From the NCBI RefSeq assembly GCF_009727955.1, contig NZ_WOBR01000012.1, forward strand, positions 30,570 to 62,569: DNA of 32,000 bases, read 5' to 3'. The notes beneath the pieces are model-generated. The model searched no databases. It worked only from the letters and a program-made list of their open reading frames with translations, and was not told the origin of the DNA. Of the stretch, positions 11,115 through 21,135 are shown in pieces. Within the stretch, counting starts at the first letter, position 1. The number at the start of each line of letters is the position of its first letter. The DNA comes from Aliivibrio fischeri. Lineage in GTDB: Bacteria; Pseudomonadota; Gammaproteobacteria; Enterobacterales; Vibrionaceae. Both the position numbers and the translations under genes were made by a program.

Positions 11115-11141
11115 TTGAAAAAAAGATTCCAGCCACCATTT
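11115..11141 (+). promoter_or_regulatory. Putative sigma-32 (RpoH) promoter for hslR
   Basis: TTGAAA (11115-11120), 13 nt spacer, CACCATTT (11134-11141); one mismatch to the E. coli CCCCATNT -10 consensus; 32 nt before the hslR ATG at 11174. Confidence 0.6.
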
Positions 11142-11173
11142 AAGAAGCAGAGATATGACATTAGGTAGACATC

Positions 11174-11575
11174 ATGAGTTCAAAATCAAACACTGCAGAG
11201 GGTGTAAGACTCGATAAATGGCTCTGGGCAGCTCGTTTTTACAAAACACGCTCAATTGCTCGCAACATGGTTGATGGCGGTAAAGTTCAATATAATGGAC
11301 AGCGCTCAAAACCAAGTAAAATTGTGGAAGTAGGCGCTGAAATAAAACTGCGCCAAGGAAACAATGAAGAGATCACGGTGATCATCGAGATCGTTTCCGA
11401 TCAACGCCGCGGAGCACCTATTGCACAAACTCTTTACAAAGAAACACAAGACAGCATTAAGCACCGTGAAGAAAATGCGCAATTACGCAAACTCAATTCA
11501 CTTGGTAGCCCACGACCTGATAAACGTCCGGATAAAAAACAACGACGCGATATCATGAAGTTTAAACACCAATAA
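11174..11575 (+). CDS. hslR: Ribosome-associated heat shock protein Hsp15 (S4 domain RNA-binding)
   Basis: 133 aa; S4 domain VRLDKWLWAARFYKTRSIARNMVDGGKVQYNGQRSKPSKIVEVG; adjacent to hslO. Confidence 0.95.
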   Translation: MSSKSNTAEGVRLDKWLWAARFYKTRSIARNMVDGGKVQYNGQRSKPSKIVEVGAEIKLRQGNNEEITVIIEIVSDQRRGAPIAQTLYKETQDSIKHREENAQLRKLNSLGSPRPDKRPDKKQRRDIMKFKHQ

Positions 11576-11667
11576 ATACGCTTTTCTGTCTCACACCTTA
11601 TTTATACTGGTTGTCTCCGCTATACTATGAGTAACGACAACCCTTAATACAATTGCTGGAGTATTTC

Positions 11668-12543
11668 ATGGCAAATAACACATTGCATCGTTACCTATTT
11701 GAAGATTTATCTGTTCGTGGTGAATTAGTTCAACTAGATGATGCTTACCAACAAATCATTTCTAGCAAGGAATACCCAAAACCAGTTCAAAATCTATTGG
11801 GTGAGCTATTAGTTGCAACAACACTATTAACGGCAACATTGAAATTTGAAGGTTCTATTACCCTTCAACTTCAAGGTGACGGTCCAGTTTCTCTTGCAGT
11901 AATTAACGGCGATAACAACCAAAAAGTACGTGGTGTTGCTCGTTTTGAAGGTGATATTGCAGAAGACGCAACCTTGCACCAACTAATGGGTCGCGGCTAC
12001 CTAGTTATCACTATCACACCAAAAGATGGTGAGCGTTACCAAGGTGTTGTTGCTCTTGAAGGTGAAAATCTAGCACAATGTTTTGAAGGTTACTTCGAGC
12101 GTTCTGAGCAGCTAAAAACTCGTCTATGGTTACGTCTAGGTGAATATGAAGGCAAACCTCACGCAGCAGGTATGTTACTGCAAGTAATGCCAGATGGTAC
12201 TGGTTCGGAAAATGACTTCGAACATTTAGAGCAACTAACAGACACCATTAAAAATGAAGAGCTGTTTGGTTTACCAGCTGAAGACGTACTTTACCGTCTA
12301 TATAACCAAGATAAAGTTCAACTGTTTGAACCTCAAGATGTTGAGTTCTTCTGTGGTTGTTCACGTGAACGCAGCGGTGGTGCAATCGTAACGATTGATC
12401 GCGCTGAAGTTGATGACATCATTAAAACAGAAGGGAAAATTTCTCTTCACTGTGACTACTGTGGCACAAGCTACGATTTCGACAGTATTGATGTTGCAAA
12501 CCTATTTGAACAAGCAACAAGCGGCAACGATACAGTACATTAA
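11668..12543 (+). CDS. hslO: Redox-regulated chaperone Hsp33
   Basis: ORF-track start at 11653 is a non-ATG; the ATG at 11668 ([23 protein letters not shown]) fits better. C-terminal zinc cysteines [12 protein letters not shown]...HCDYCG. Confidence 0.95.
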   Translation: MANNTLHRYLFEDLSVRGELVQLDDAYQQIISSKEYPKPVQNLLGELLVATTLLTATLKFEGSITLQLQGDGPVSLAVINGDNNQKVRGVARFEGDIAEDATLHQLMGRGYLVITITPKDGERYQGVVALEGENLAQCFEGYFERSEQLKTRLWLRLGEYEGKPHAAGMLLQVMPDGTGSENDFEHLEQLTDTIKNEELFGLPAEDVLYRLYNQDKVQLFEPQDVEFFCGCSRERSGGAIVTIDRAEVDDIIKTEGKISLHCDYCGTSYDFDSIDVANLFEQATSGNDTVH

Positions 12544-12576
12544 TTTACTGCATAGAATAAGTTGCAAAACTGTTAC

Positions 12577-12606
12577 AAAAGCCAGCCATTAGGTTGGCTT
12601 TTTTTA
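12577..12606 (+). terminator. Rho-independent terminator after hslO
   Basis: AAAAGCCAGCC-ATTA-GGTTGGCTTTTTTT hairpin with U tract just after the hslO stop. Confidence 0.8.
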
Positions 12607-12741
12607 TAACTAAATTTGATATAAACCACACTTTTAATTCCACTTATCCACACTTAATTTTGATTAAATAATAATCAATTACATCTAGCGCAATCGATTT
12701 TATTAAGAGTAGAATAGAGCTATTGCTATTTTGTGATGGCG

Positions 12742-12776
12742 ATAAAATAACCACTACCGCTTTATGGTTATTTTAT
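12742..12776. promoter_or_regulatory. Perfect inverted repeat in the pckA upstream region
   Basis: ATAAAATAACCA (12742-12753), 11-nt loop ctaccgcttta, TGGTTATTTTAT (12765-12776); arms are exact reverse complements. Confidence 0.6.
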
Positions 12777-12879
12777 GATTCATCTCCCTGTTTTCAATTT
12801 ACCGCGTTGTTAGCATGATTAGCAGAATACAAATAATTAGAAATATTAAAATCCCTACAAAATCCTCTAAGGAGCACCT

Positions 12880-14502
12880 ATGACTGTTATGGAACACAAG
12901 AAGGCTGCACTACTCGATCTAACTCAATATGGTCTTACTGGGGTTACAGATGTACTACGTAATCCAAGCTATGAGCAACTATTTGAAGAAGAGACACGTC
13001 CAGATTTAGAAGGTTATGAGCGTGGTGTAATGACAGAGCTTGGCTCAGTTGCGGTAGATACTGGTATATTTACTGGTCGTTCACCAAAAGATAAATACAT
13101 CGTAAAAGATGACACTACCAAAGATACGCTATGGTGGTCAGATCAAGGAAAGAACGACAACAAAGCCATCACGCCAGCAGTTTGGGATGATCTAAAGTCG
13201 CTAGTTACAACACAACTATCGGGTAAACGCTTATTTGTTATTGATGGTTTCTGTGGTGCCAACCCAGACACTCGTTTAAACGTTCGCATCATTACCGAAG
13301 TTGCATGGCAAGCACACTTTGTGAAAAACATGTTCATTCGTCCAACAGAAGCAGAACTTGAAAACTTCGAACCTGATTTCGTGGTAATGAATGGAGCAAA
13401 AGCCACTAACCCTAATTACGAAAAACACGGATTAAACTCTGAAAACTTTGTTGCTTTCAACCTAACAGAACGCGTTCAAATCATCGGTGGTACTTGGTAC
13501 GGCGGTGAAATGAAAAAAGGTATGTTCGCAATGATGAACTACCTACTTCCACTTAAAGGCATTGCTTCAATGCACTGTTCAGCTAACGTCGGTGAAAAAG
13601 GCGATGTTGCGGTATTCTTTGGTTTATCAGGAACAGGAAAAACCACACTTTCAACCGATCCTAAACGTCAACTTATTGGTGATGATGAGCACGGTTGGGA
13701 TGACGATGGTATCTTCAACTTTGAAGGTGGCTGTTACGCTAAAACCATTCGTCTTTCAAAAGAAGCTGAACCAGATATCTATAACGCAATCCGCCGTGAT
13801 GCGTTGTTAGAAAACGTTACTGTACGTAGCGACAGCTCTATTGATTTTAATGATGGTTCTAAAACAGAAAACACTCGTGTTTCTTACCCTATCTATCATA
13901 TCGATAACATCGTTAAACCAGTTTCAAAAGCTGGTCACGCTAAAAAAGTCATCTTCTTAACAGCGGATGCATTTGGTGTCCTACCACCGGTAGCGAAACT
14001 CACACCAGAACAAACTAAGTATCACTTCCTATCAGGTTTTACTGCAAAACTTGCAGGTACTGAACGTGGTATCACAGAGCCAACACCAACCTTCTCTGCT
14101 GCATTTGGTGCCGCGTTCTTAACGCTTCACCCAACACAATATGCAGAAGTACTGGTTAAACGTATGGAAGCTGCAGGTGCTGAAGCTTACATCGTAAACA
14201 CGGGTTGGAATGGCACAGGAAAACGTATTTCAATTCAAGATACACGTGGCATTATTGATGCGATTTTAGATGGTTCAATTGACCAAGCTAAAACCAAAAA
14301 TATCCCTGTATTTAACTTAGAAGTACCAACATCACTACCTGGTGTTGATGCCTCTATTCTTGACCCTCGTGACACCTATACTGACCCACTACAGTGGGAC
14401 AGCAAAGCGGAAGATTTAGCGCAACGCTTTATCAAAAACTTCGCTCAATACACAGATAACGAGGAAGGAAAAGCGTTAGTTAAAGCGGGTCCTCAGCTAT
14501 AA
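12880..14502 (+). CDS. pckA: Phosphoenolpyruvate carboxykinase (ATP)
   Basis: 540 aa; [16 protein letters not shown] kinase loop; [14 protein letters not shown] / [15 protein letters not shown] motifs of ATP-type PEPCK. Confidence 0.98.
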   Translation: MTVMEHKKAALLDLTQYGLTGVTDVLRNPSYEQLFEEETRPDLEGYERGVMTELGSVAVDTGIFTGRSPKDKYIVKDDTTKDTLWWSDQGKNDNKAITPAVWDDLKSLVTTQLSGKRLFVIDGFCGANPDTRLNVRIITEVAWQAHFVKNMFIRPTEAELENFEPDFVVMNGAKATNPNYEKHGLNSENFVAFNLTERVQIIGGTWYGGEMKKGMFAMMNYLLPLKGIASMHCSANVGEKGDVAVFFGLSGTGKTTLSTDPKRQLIGDDEHGWDDDGIFNFEGGCYAKTIRLSKEAEPDIYNAIRRDALLENVTVRSDSSIDFNDGSKTENTRVSYPIYHIDNIVKPVSKAGHAKKVIFLTADAFGVLPPVAKLTPEQTKYHFLSGFTAKLAGTERGITEPTPTFSAAFGAAFLTLHPTQYAEVLVKRMEAAGAEAYIVNTGWNGTGKRISIQDTRGIIDAILDGSIDQAKTKNIPVFNLEVPTSLPGVDASILDPRDTYTDPLQWDSKAEDLAQRFIKNFAQYTDNEEGKALVKAGPQL

Positions 14503-14528
14503 CCTACGCCTGATTACTCATAAAAACC

Positions 14529-14562
14529 AAGCCCTTCTCTCCTTATGAGAAGGGCTTTTTTA
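14529..14562 (+). terminator. Rho-independent terminator after pckA
   Basis: AAGCCCTTCTC-tcctta-tGAGAAGGGCTTTTTT; 10+ bp stem followed by a T run. Confidence 0.9.
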
Positions 14563-14684
14563 TACCCTTAGCTCAAGAACGCAATAAAGACTGGAGATCA
14601 TAAGGATTATTGAACACGATCACTTGATTGAAAGGCGTTTTTACTCCACTCTTTCTATTCATCTTTCTTTTATTGGAGTTAACA

Positions 14685-16643
14685 ATGTACACCACACTGA
14701 AAAGCCTAGGCTGGCTTATCACTTTCTGTTTGCTGCTTGTGGTCGCATTCTTAGCCTTATTACATACTCCTTATGCACAACCCGTGCTTAACCCTTTCGT
14801 TCAAAAACTCTCTCATCAGAAGATTTCTTTTGGCGAACTGAATTATTCAATTCAATCACCGCTGCATTTAACTCTGTCAGATGTAAGTATTGAATCAGAA
14901 AAAAACATTAATATTCAGCAAGTTGATTTTTGGTTATCTCAACACCCTATTCAAAATAACAAATTGGCATTTGATAGTGTAAAAATCGACGGTATTAGCT
15001 TACAAACAGGATTACCTAACACACAACAACTGGATTGGCTTTCTATTTCACAACTGAGCATTTCCAATTTAGATTTTGCTGACGATGGATTAGTTATCCG
15101 TGAAGCACAAGTTCAAATCAGTAACTGGTCAATTGATAAAACCAAAACGCTGCCTTTCGAAGGTGAGTTCCAGTTTTCAACACAACAACTATATTGGCAA
15201 TCAGAAGCTCTAGATGATGTGCTCATTGATGGTTATTACTCACAAGATTACACCGCACTAGATGGCATATCACTCACTTGGCGTGGAAGTACCATTACAG
15301 CTCAAGCTGAATTAAAAGAAAATAAATTATGGGTTATCCCACAATTTACGCTACGTCGATTTAATTTAGAGTCAGATAATGCTGACATCATTGGAAAACC
15401 ATTACAGTGGCTATCAGAGCAACACTTTACGTATCAATTCAAGCGTATCGATTTATTAAATATCAATTTAGAATTGCCTCAGATAGTAACAAACGATCTC
15501 AGTCTATCTGCTGAAAATATTTTACTTCCTTACGATCTCTGGGAGCAAACTAACGCCAATATTTCCCTTAATGCTGACAGCATAGTGTGGAATGAAACCA
15601 TGATTGAAAAACCGATCATGGATGTCACCTTAAATAAAAAAGAAGCCAATATTGAAAACCTGTCTTTTGATATTTTTAATGGCAACATTCAGCTTTCAGG
15701 TGACTTATCACCTCATAAAATCAACCTAAAATCGTTAACGATTAGCCAGATAAGATGGTTAATTGATAACAAAGATACAGACTCAATCGTTGAATATATC
15801 AAGCAACTTGAGCAAGTTAAGATCGATAACGTCGACATCAACAATGTGCAAGTAATACAACCCGAAGGGAAATATCCATACCAAGTTTCAGGATTAAACG
15901 CCGAAGGTCATGACCTTGATTTATTAAAATATTATCAATGGGGATTATGGAATGGAAAACTCTCTTTAAGCGCTTCAAATGCCAGTTTTAATTATTTATT
16001 AACTCAACAGATGTTGATTGAGATGAATACTGAAAATGGACTTTGGACTGTTGAACGAGCACTTTTCCCATTAGCAGAAGGGCTATTTGGTTTTAGCGGC
16101 AGCCTAAATTTAACTCAAGATAGTCAGCCTTGGCAGGTAGAAGCGTACGGTGACGGTTTACCAATAAGCTATCTAACCAGTTTATTCCCTCATGCTGTTC
16201 CGCTAGATGGTATGGCTGAATTTACTTTTAATGGCAGCGGTCTTGCGGCCAATCGTGACAGCTTTAATTACAGTTTTAATGGTGATTTAAATATCATTCC
16301 AAGAGAAATGGTGACCACTCAAACAGCGAAAGAATTATGGCAATATAAATTAGGTTTGGTTCCTGATACAGAACAGCCAGATAATGAAGTAAAAGAACCA
16401 AAAACAAAACAGGCCTCTTACCCGATCCATGTTGAACCTATTCACATTTCAGCCAACCGTGGACGCATTACAATCAAACCGATCACCATTACCGGTGATG
16501 GCTTTAGTTATAACATTGAGGGTGATTACGACCTGGTTAATCCAGATAAAGCAGAAACGATTACGTCAATAACACAAGAATGCCATCAACTGGTTCAAAA
16601 ACTCTTTTCAGATACTGTGCAAATGATTAATTACTGCCAGTAA
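14685..16643 (+). CDS. AsmA-family protein
   Basis: ORF track begins at a TTG (14628); the ATG at 14685 is preceded by GGAG and starts MYTTLKSLGWLITFCLLLVVAFLALL (signal anchor). AsmA-like long beta-rich body; MAEFTFNGSGLAANRDSFNYSFNG near the C-terminus. Confidence 0.75.
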   Translation: MYTTLKSLGWLITFCLLLVVAFLALLHTPYAQPVLNPFVQKLSHQKISFGELNYSIQSPLHLTLSDVSIESEKNINIQQVDFWLSQHPIQNNKLAFDSVKIDGISLQTGLPNTQQLDWLSISQLSISNLDFADDGLVIREAQVQISNWSIDKTKTLPFEGEFQFSTQQLYWQSEALDDVLIDGYYSQDYTALDGISLTWRGSTITAQAELKENKLWVIPQFTLRRFNLESDNADIIGKPLQWLSEQHFTYQFKRIDLLNINLELPQIVTNDLSLSAENILLPYDLWEQTNANISLNADSIVWNETMIEKPIMDVTLNKKEANIENLSFDIFNGNIQLSGDLSPHKINLKSLTISQIRWLIDNKDTDSIVEYIKQLEQVKIDNVDINNVQVIQPEGKYPYQVSGLNAEGHDLDLLKYYQWGLWNGKLSLSASNASFNYLLTQQMLIEMNTENGLWTVERALFPLAEGLFGFSGSLNLTQDSQPWQVEAYGDGLPISYLTSLFPHAVPLDGMAEFTFNGSGLAANRDSFNYSFNGDLNIIPREMVTTQTAKELWQYKLGLVPDTEQPDNEVKEPKTKQASYPIHVEPIHISANRGRITIKPITITGDGFSYNIEGDYDLVNPDKAETITSITQECHQLVQKLFSDTVQMINYCQ

Positions 16644-16647
16644 ACCT

Positions 16648-16686
16648 AAAAAAACGCCCCGTAAATGATTTATGGGGCGTTTTTAT
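16648..16686. terminator. Bidirectional terminator between convergent AsmA-family and EAL-HDOD genes
   Basis: AAAAAACGCCCCgtaaatgatttatGGGGCGTTTTTAT: A-rich 5' side and T-rich 3' side around a GC-rich stem. Confidence 0.85.
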
Positions 16687-16707
16687 TTGAACCAAGCATT
16701 GCAAAAA

Positions 16708-17925
16708 CTATTTAGATAAAATGCTTTGATACCACTTAACCGCTTCTTGATAGGTCGATTCAACGGTTTTTGCCGAGAACCCAAGTTGACGACTCAACTT
16801 ATCAATATTTTCCCAGTTACCGGTATCGATATTTTCATACAACTCTAACATCGAACCGAGTAAACCTTCTCGGATCAAAATGGCTTTTTCAATATCAGAA
16901 CTTAACGAAAGCTGCACCAATACATCATCTAGCTTCTTATCCAATAATGCATCAAGTAAAGAGAACAACCCAACAATAAACGCTTGCTGTCCTGGTGTTC
17001 CATTTTGACAACGATAAATCATCAACTCACAAAAACGGCCTTTCACTAACGATTGTTTATACAATTCTTTAGGCTTATTTATCGCCGCGTGTGCTGTCGC
17101 AATCAGAGTAACGAACATTTTTATCTGCTCTTCCCCTAAATACACTAACGCTTGCTTAAACGATGAAATTGGATTTTCTAATCGAACTGCTGCCGTATTT
17201 ACAAACTTCAACAACTGGTACGAAAGAGACACATCTTGAGAAATTAATTGTTCAATTCGAGTGAAGTCTACCTCTTCACGACACACCTCTTGAAAAAGTT
17301 GTACCGTTAACAGCTCTTCAGGTTTTACCACTCGATTTTTAATGATTTCAGGCTTACTAAAGAAATACCCTTGGAAGAAGTGAAAACCAACATCATATGC
17401 TTGCTGAAACTCTTCATTCGTTTCCACTCGCTCAGCAAGATAATGGCGCTTACAGCCTTGACGTTTGCGCTGTTTTACATAAGCGCATGCTCTCTCAAGA
17501 CCTAACTGCATAATATCTAATTTAACGATATGCGAATAAGGAAGGAATCGATCCCACTCAGGCTCTAAACTAAAGTCATCAAGCGCAATCACATAACCCA
17601 TTCGATGCAAATGCTTAATCGCACTAAATAGCTCATCGTTTGGAGTACAAGTTTCGAGTACTTCAATAACAATTTTCTTTTTAGGAAATGCAGTTGGAAC
17701 GAGAGAAATTAATGATTCTTGTGGAAAATTAATAAAACTACGAGGAGACTCTAAAGCTGGGTTGTTTCCCGTTGCCATAAAGTTTTCAACCAACAATCGA
17801 CACGTTGCTTGATTGGCTTCCATATCAGGAAACGCATTGCTTGCACCGTCGCGAAAAAGCAGTTCATATCCTATTGTCTGTTTTTTTCGATTAAGTATCG
17901 GTTGTCTGGCAACGTATGCATACAT
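16708..17925 (-). CDS. EAL and HDOD domain-containing signalling protein (CdgJ/YuxH-type architecture)
   Basis: 405 aa; N-terminal MYAYVARQPILNRKKQTIGYELLFRDG, SFINF, ALDDFSLEP, VKLD, LAERVET, FFQGYFFSKP (EAL fold) followed by an HDOD domain (LSYQLLKFVNTAAVRLENPISSFKQALVYLGEEQIKMFVTLIA). Confidence 0.9.
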   Translation of the reverse strand: MYAYVARQPILNRKKQTIGYELLFRDGASNAFPDMEANQATCRLLVENFMATGNNPALESPRSFINFPQESLISLVPTAFPKKKIVIEVLETCTPNDELFSAIKHLHRMGYVIALDDFSLEPEWDRFLPYSHIVKLDIMQLGLERACAYVKQRKRQGCKRHYLAERVETNEEFQQAYDVGFHFFQGYFFSKPEIIKNRVVKPEELLTVQLFQEVCREEVDFTRIEQLISQDVSLSYQLLKFVNTAAVRLENPISSFKQALVYLGEEQIKMFVTLIATAHAAINKPKELYKQSLVKGRFCELMIYRCQNGTPGQQAFIVGLFSLLDALLDKKLDDVLVQLSLSSDIEKAILIREGLLGSMLELYENIDTGNWENIDKLSRQLGFSAKTVESTYQEAVKWYQSILSK

Positions 17926-18173
17926 AACTTTAAAGCGGTATCCTGTAAAAATATATCGGGATGATAAATGATTATATCGGCAATTTCTTTATGAACTTGA
18001 GATGTATCAACACATTCCTTAATGATTTGCAGGACATCTTAGTCGAAACACACAATAAAAAAAATGCTCTTGCTTAAGAAGTATGCAAGAACTTACCAAA
18101 ATATGATACGAAGTTAACTTATGTCATTATAATAACACCATTGATTTCACTTATTCGTTATTCAGAGAGCCCA

Positions 18174-19142
18174 ATGAAAGCAGCGACCTTTACTCAAGAA
18201 ACGCATTACCTTGAAACCATGAAAAACCAAGTAACTCCTTTTTGGGAGAAACGCCAACACGGTTTTTATCAAGGAGAGAAGGAAACACAACTTCATTGGG
18301 TAAGCTTTACAAGCCCAGCTCACACTAAAGCGATCATGGTCGTGAATGGTAGGATTGAAAGCGTCTATAAATACCAAGAGCTGTTTTATGATTTATTTTG
18401 CCAAGGCTATGATATTTATTCTTTTGATCACCGCGGCCAAGGTTTATCAGATCGTCTAACGGATAATAACGATATTGGCCATATTGAAAATTTTAATGAC
18501 TACGTTCTCGATTTAAATAGCTTAACTCAATCATTAATCACACCTGAACATTATCAAGATTGCTATTTGCTTGGTCATTCTATGGGAGGGGCGATTGCAA
18601 CTCAATACGTTGAAACTCACTCACACCCCTACACTGCATTAGCACTGAGTGCCCCAATGCATGGTATTCATATGCAACCTTGGTTAAAACCCATTGCAAA
18701 TCCAATTAGTCGCTACTTAAGCTTGTGGTCAAAACAGCCCTCTTATGCCTTAGGCCAAGCGCCATATCATGCAAAACCTTTTTTAGATAATACACTCACC
18801 ACCTGTGAAATTCGTTATCAATGGTTTAGAGAGCTTTATGACACCAAGCCTGAACTGCAAATTGGCGGTCCAAGCAATCACTGGGTAAATCAAGGATTAA
18901 AAGGGGCAAAAATGTGTATTGACCAAGCAAGTCTCTGCACACTTCCAACTCTATTACTTCAAGGTGAAAAAGACCAAATCGTTGATAATAATGCACATGT
19001 GAAATTTCAGAAAAAAGCACCAAATTGCCAACTGGTGACAATTCCTAATGCTAAGCATGAATTACTGTTTGAATCCGATGAATGTCGTAACCAAGCATTA
19101 ATCACCATTATTGATTTTTTCCAGCAACACGCTCACGTGTGA
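18174..19142 (+). CDS. pldB: Alpha/beta hydrolase, lysophospholipase L2
   Basis: Start at ATG 18174 (track begins at an upstream TTG). GHSMGG nucleophile elbow, SFDHRGQGLSDR, PNAKHELLFE; followed by a yigL-like gene as in enterobacterial pldB-yigL. Confidence 0.9.
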   Translation: MKAATFTQETHYLETMKNQVTPFWEKRQHGFYQGEKETQLHWVSFTSPAHTKAIMVVNGRIESVYKYQELFYDLFCQGYDIYSFDHRGQGLSDRLTDNNDIGHIENFNDYVLDLNSLTQSLITPEHYQDCYLLGHSMGGAIATQYVETHSHPYTALALSAPMHGIHMQPWLKPIANPISRYLSLWSKQPSYALGQAPYHAKPFLDNTLTTCEIRYQWFRELYDTKPELQIGGPSNHWVNQGLKGAKMCIDQASLCTLPTLLLQGEKDQIVDNNAHVKFQKKAPNCQLVTIPNAKHELLFESDECRNQALITIIDFFQQHAHV

Positions 19143-19156
19143 CTCTCTGCTAAAAA

Positions 19157-19205
19157 GTAAAAAGAGGAAAGATAAGAAGTGTAATCTTTACCCTCTTTTT
19201 TACTT
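19157..19205 (+). terminator. Rho-independent terminator after pldB
   Basis: AAAAAGAGG-AAAGAT ... ATCTTT-(ac)-CCTCTTTTTT extended hairpin. Confidence 0.75.
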
Positions 19206-19309
19206 ATAAAGTGACGTAAACTTAGCCTCATTAAACTGAATTCTAATTTTATACTGATGCCGTTAATTGAATGTTCTATTTACTCGCATCGGTATTATCA
19301 TGAGGCTTT

Positions 19310-20107
19310 ATGATTACCATTGTTGCATCGGATCTTGACGGTACCCTTCTTACACCAGAGCACAAAGTTGCTGACTTCACGAAAAAAACACTGAATAAAT
19401 TACACCAACAAAACTTAACCTTCATTTTTGCAACGGGTCGTCATCATATTGATGTTGGCAACATTCGTAGTGATGTTGGTATTCCTGCTTATATGATCAC
19501 CTCTAATGGTGCTCGAGTTCATGATGCTGATGATAATTTAATTTACAGCAAAAATGTTCCTGAAGAGTTAGTACCTCAAGTTATCGATCTATTAAAAAAT
19601 GATGACCAACTAACGATTCATATGTACTCAGATACGCAATGGTTCATTAATGCTGAAGATGAGAGCTTAAAAGAATTTCATGACAACGGCTTCACCTACA
19701 CAGTATTCGATGTAAATAACCCACCAGTAGACGATATTGCTAAAGTCTTTGTGACCATGCCTGAACACGAGTATTTAGTGCAATACGAAGAGCAATTAAA
19801 AGCACAGTTTGGCGATCAACTGATGGTGGCTTTCTCTACGCCTTGGTGTTTAGAGATTATGGCCTCTGAAGTATCAAAAGGAGCAGCTTTAGAGGCAGTA
19901 GCTAAGTTGCTTGGTAAGACATTAGAAAACTGCATCGCGTTTGGCGACGGCATGAATGACTACGAAATGTTGAGCATGGCAGGCAAAGGGATTGTGATGG
20001 GTACATCGCACGAAAAAGTAAAAAAAGCGCTACCAAATAATGAGGTGATTGGTTCTTCAGCTGACGAAGCTGTTGCTCATTACCTAGAGAATTTATTGCT
20101 TAAATAA
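19310..20107 (+). CDS. yigL: Cof-type HAD-IIB family phosphatase (YigL-like)
   Basis: 265 aa; DLDGTLLTPEH motif I, ENCIAFGDGMNDYEML motif IV; adjacent to pldB. Confidence 0.85.
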   Translation: MITIVASDLDGTLLTPEHKVADFTKKTLNKLHQQNLTFIFATGRHHIDVGNIRSDVGIPAYMITSNGARVHDADDNLIYSKNVPEELVPQVIDLLKNDDQLTIHMYSDTQWFINAEDESLKEFHDNGFTYTVFDVNNPPVDDIAKVFVTMPEHEYLVQYEEQLKAQFGDQLMVAFSTPWCLEIMASEVSKGAALEAVAKLLGKTLENCIAFGDGMNDYEMLSMAGKGIVMGTSHEKVKKALPNNEVIGSSADEAVAHYLENLLLK

Positions 20108-20180
20108 GCTTTTTTACTATTTGGCCTATCGTAGGCCAAATAGTGAGTACCATAGTAATAGCATTTAAAATCAATGCATT

Positions 20181-20210
20181 AAAAAAGCCAGAGAACTTTC
20201 TGGCTTTTTT
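20181..20210. terminator. Bidirectional terminator between yigL-like and xerC genes
   Basis: AAAAAAGCCAGAgaacttTCTGGCTTTTTT perfect symmetric stem with flanking A and T runs. Confidence 0.9.
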
Positions 20211-20223
20211 GTATCATACGATT

Positions 20224-21135
20224 CTATTTTTTCTTCGCTCTTGGATGCGCTTGGTCATACGCTTGAGCAAGGTGTTGAAAATCTAAATGGGTGTAGATTT
20301 GAGTGGTCGAAATATTTTCGTGCCCAAGCAGTTCTTGTACCGCACGTAAATTACCACTGGATTCCAACATATGTGTCGCAAAGGAGTGACGCAATTTATG
20401 TGGGCTAATGTGACTATTTACCCCTTGTTTTAATCCCCATTCAGCCATGCGTTTTTGTACATTTCGATGAGAAATACGCACACCTAACTTAGAAACAAAC
20501 AATCCTTTTTCTTCTGGTTTTGCTAATTGATTTCGCACTCGTAACCAATGCCCTAACCACTCTTTCGCTTGACCTGAAAATGGCACTTTACGTTCTTTAT
20601 CACCTTTACCAATAACACGTAATTCGCCTTGACGTAATTGAATGTCACGAACATCAATACTGACCAGTTCCGCCAAACGTAAACCAGCACCATACATTAA
20701 TTCCATGATAGCGCGATCACGAATAGACAATGGGTCATCTTCATTTACTTCAAGTAATTGCCCCATTTCATCCACATCAATATTTTTAGGCAAAGGACGA
20801 GATTTTCGAGGTGCAGAAACCCCTTTAGCTGGATTGGCAGTCAACACATTACGCAAAACTAAAAAATCAAAGAAACTACGTAGGGAAGATAAACGCGTAG
20901 ATAAACTGCTCGCTTTTAATCCTTCACGCATTCCTTTACTGGTGACTTGTCTCACCCATCCTGCATCAACGTCTTGCCAAGACTCAACACCTAGCTCAAC
21001 AAGTTGTTCTGCTATCGTTGTTAATTGACGTTTATAGTTGCGTTGGGTGTAAATGCTGAGCCCTTTTTCATTACGTAAGAATTCATAAAAGGCATCAAGA
21101 TGCTTTGAAAATTGAATCGGTAAAACATCACTCAT
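20224..21135 (-). CDS. xerC: Tyrosine site-specific recombinase XerC
   Basis: 303 aa; MYGAGLRLAEL, HKLRHSFATHMLESSGNLRAVQELLGHENISTTQIYTHL catalytic motifs; within the lptM-lysA-dapF-DUF484-xerC cluster. Confidence 0.97.
   Translation of the reverse strand: MSDVLPIQFSKHLDAFYEFLRNEKGLSIYTQRNYKRQLTTIAEQLVELGVESWQDVDAGWVRQVTSKGMREGLKASSLSTRLSSLRSFFDFLVLRNVLTANPAKGVSAPRKSRPLPKNIDVDEMGQLLEVNEDDPLSIRDRAIMELMYGAGLRLAELVSIDVRDIQLRQGELRVIGKGDKERKVPFSGQAKEWLGHWLRVRNQLAKPEEKGLFVSKLGVRISHRNVQKRMAEWGLKQGVNSHISPHKLRHSFATHMLESSGNLRAVQELLGHENISTTQIYTHLDFQHLAQAYDQAHPRAKKK

Noticed and set aside
20642-21028. Plus-strand 128-aa ORF
   Set aside because: Antisense to xerC; no domain resemblance and no supporting signals.
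20224-21135. Tyrosine recombinase as evidence of an integrated mobile element
   Set aside because: Sequence and gene neighbourhood (DUF484-dapF-lysA-lptM) identify the housekeeping XerC; no att-like repeats, tRNA junction or cargo.
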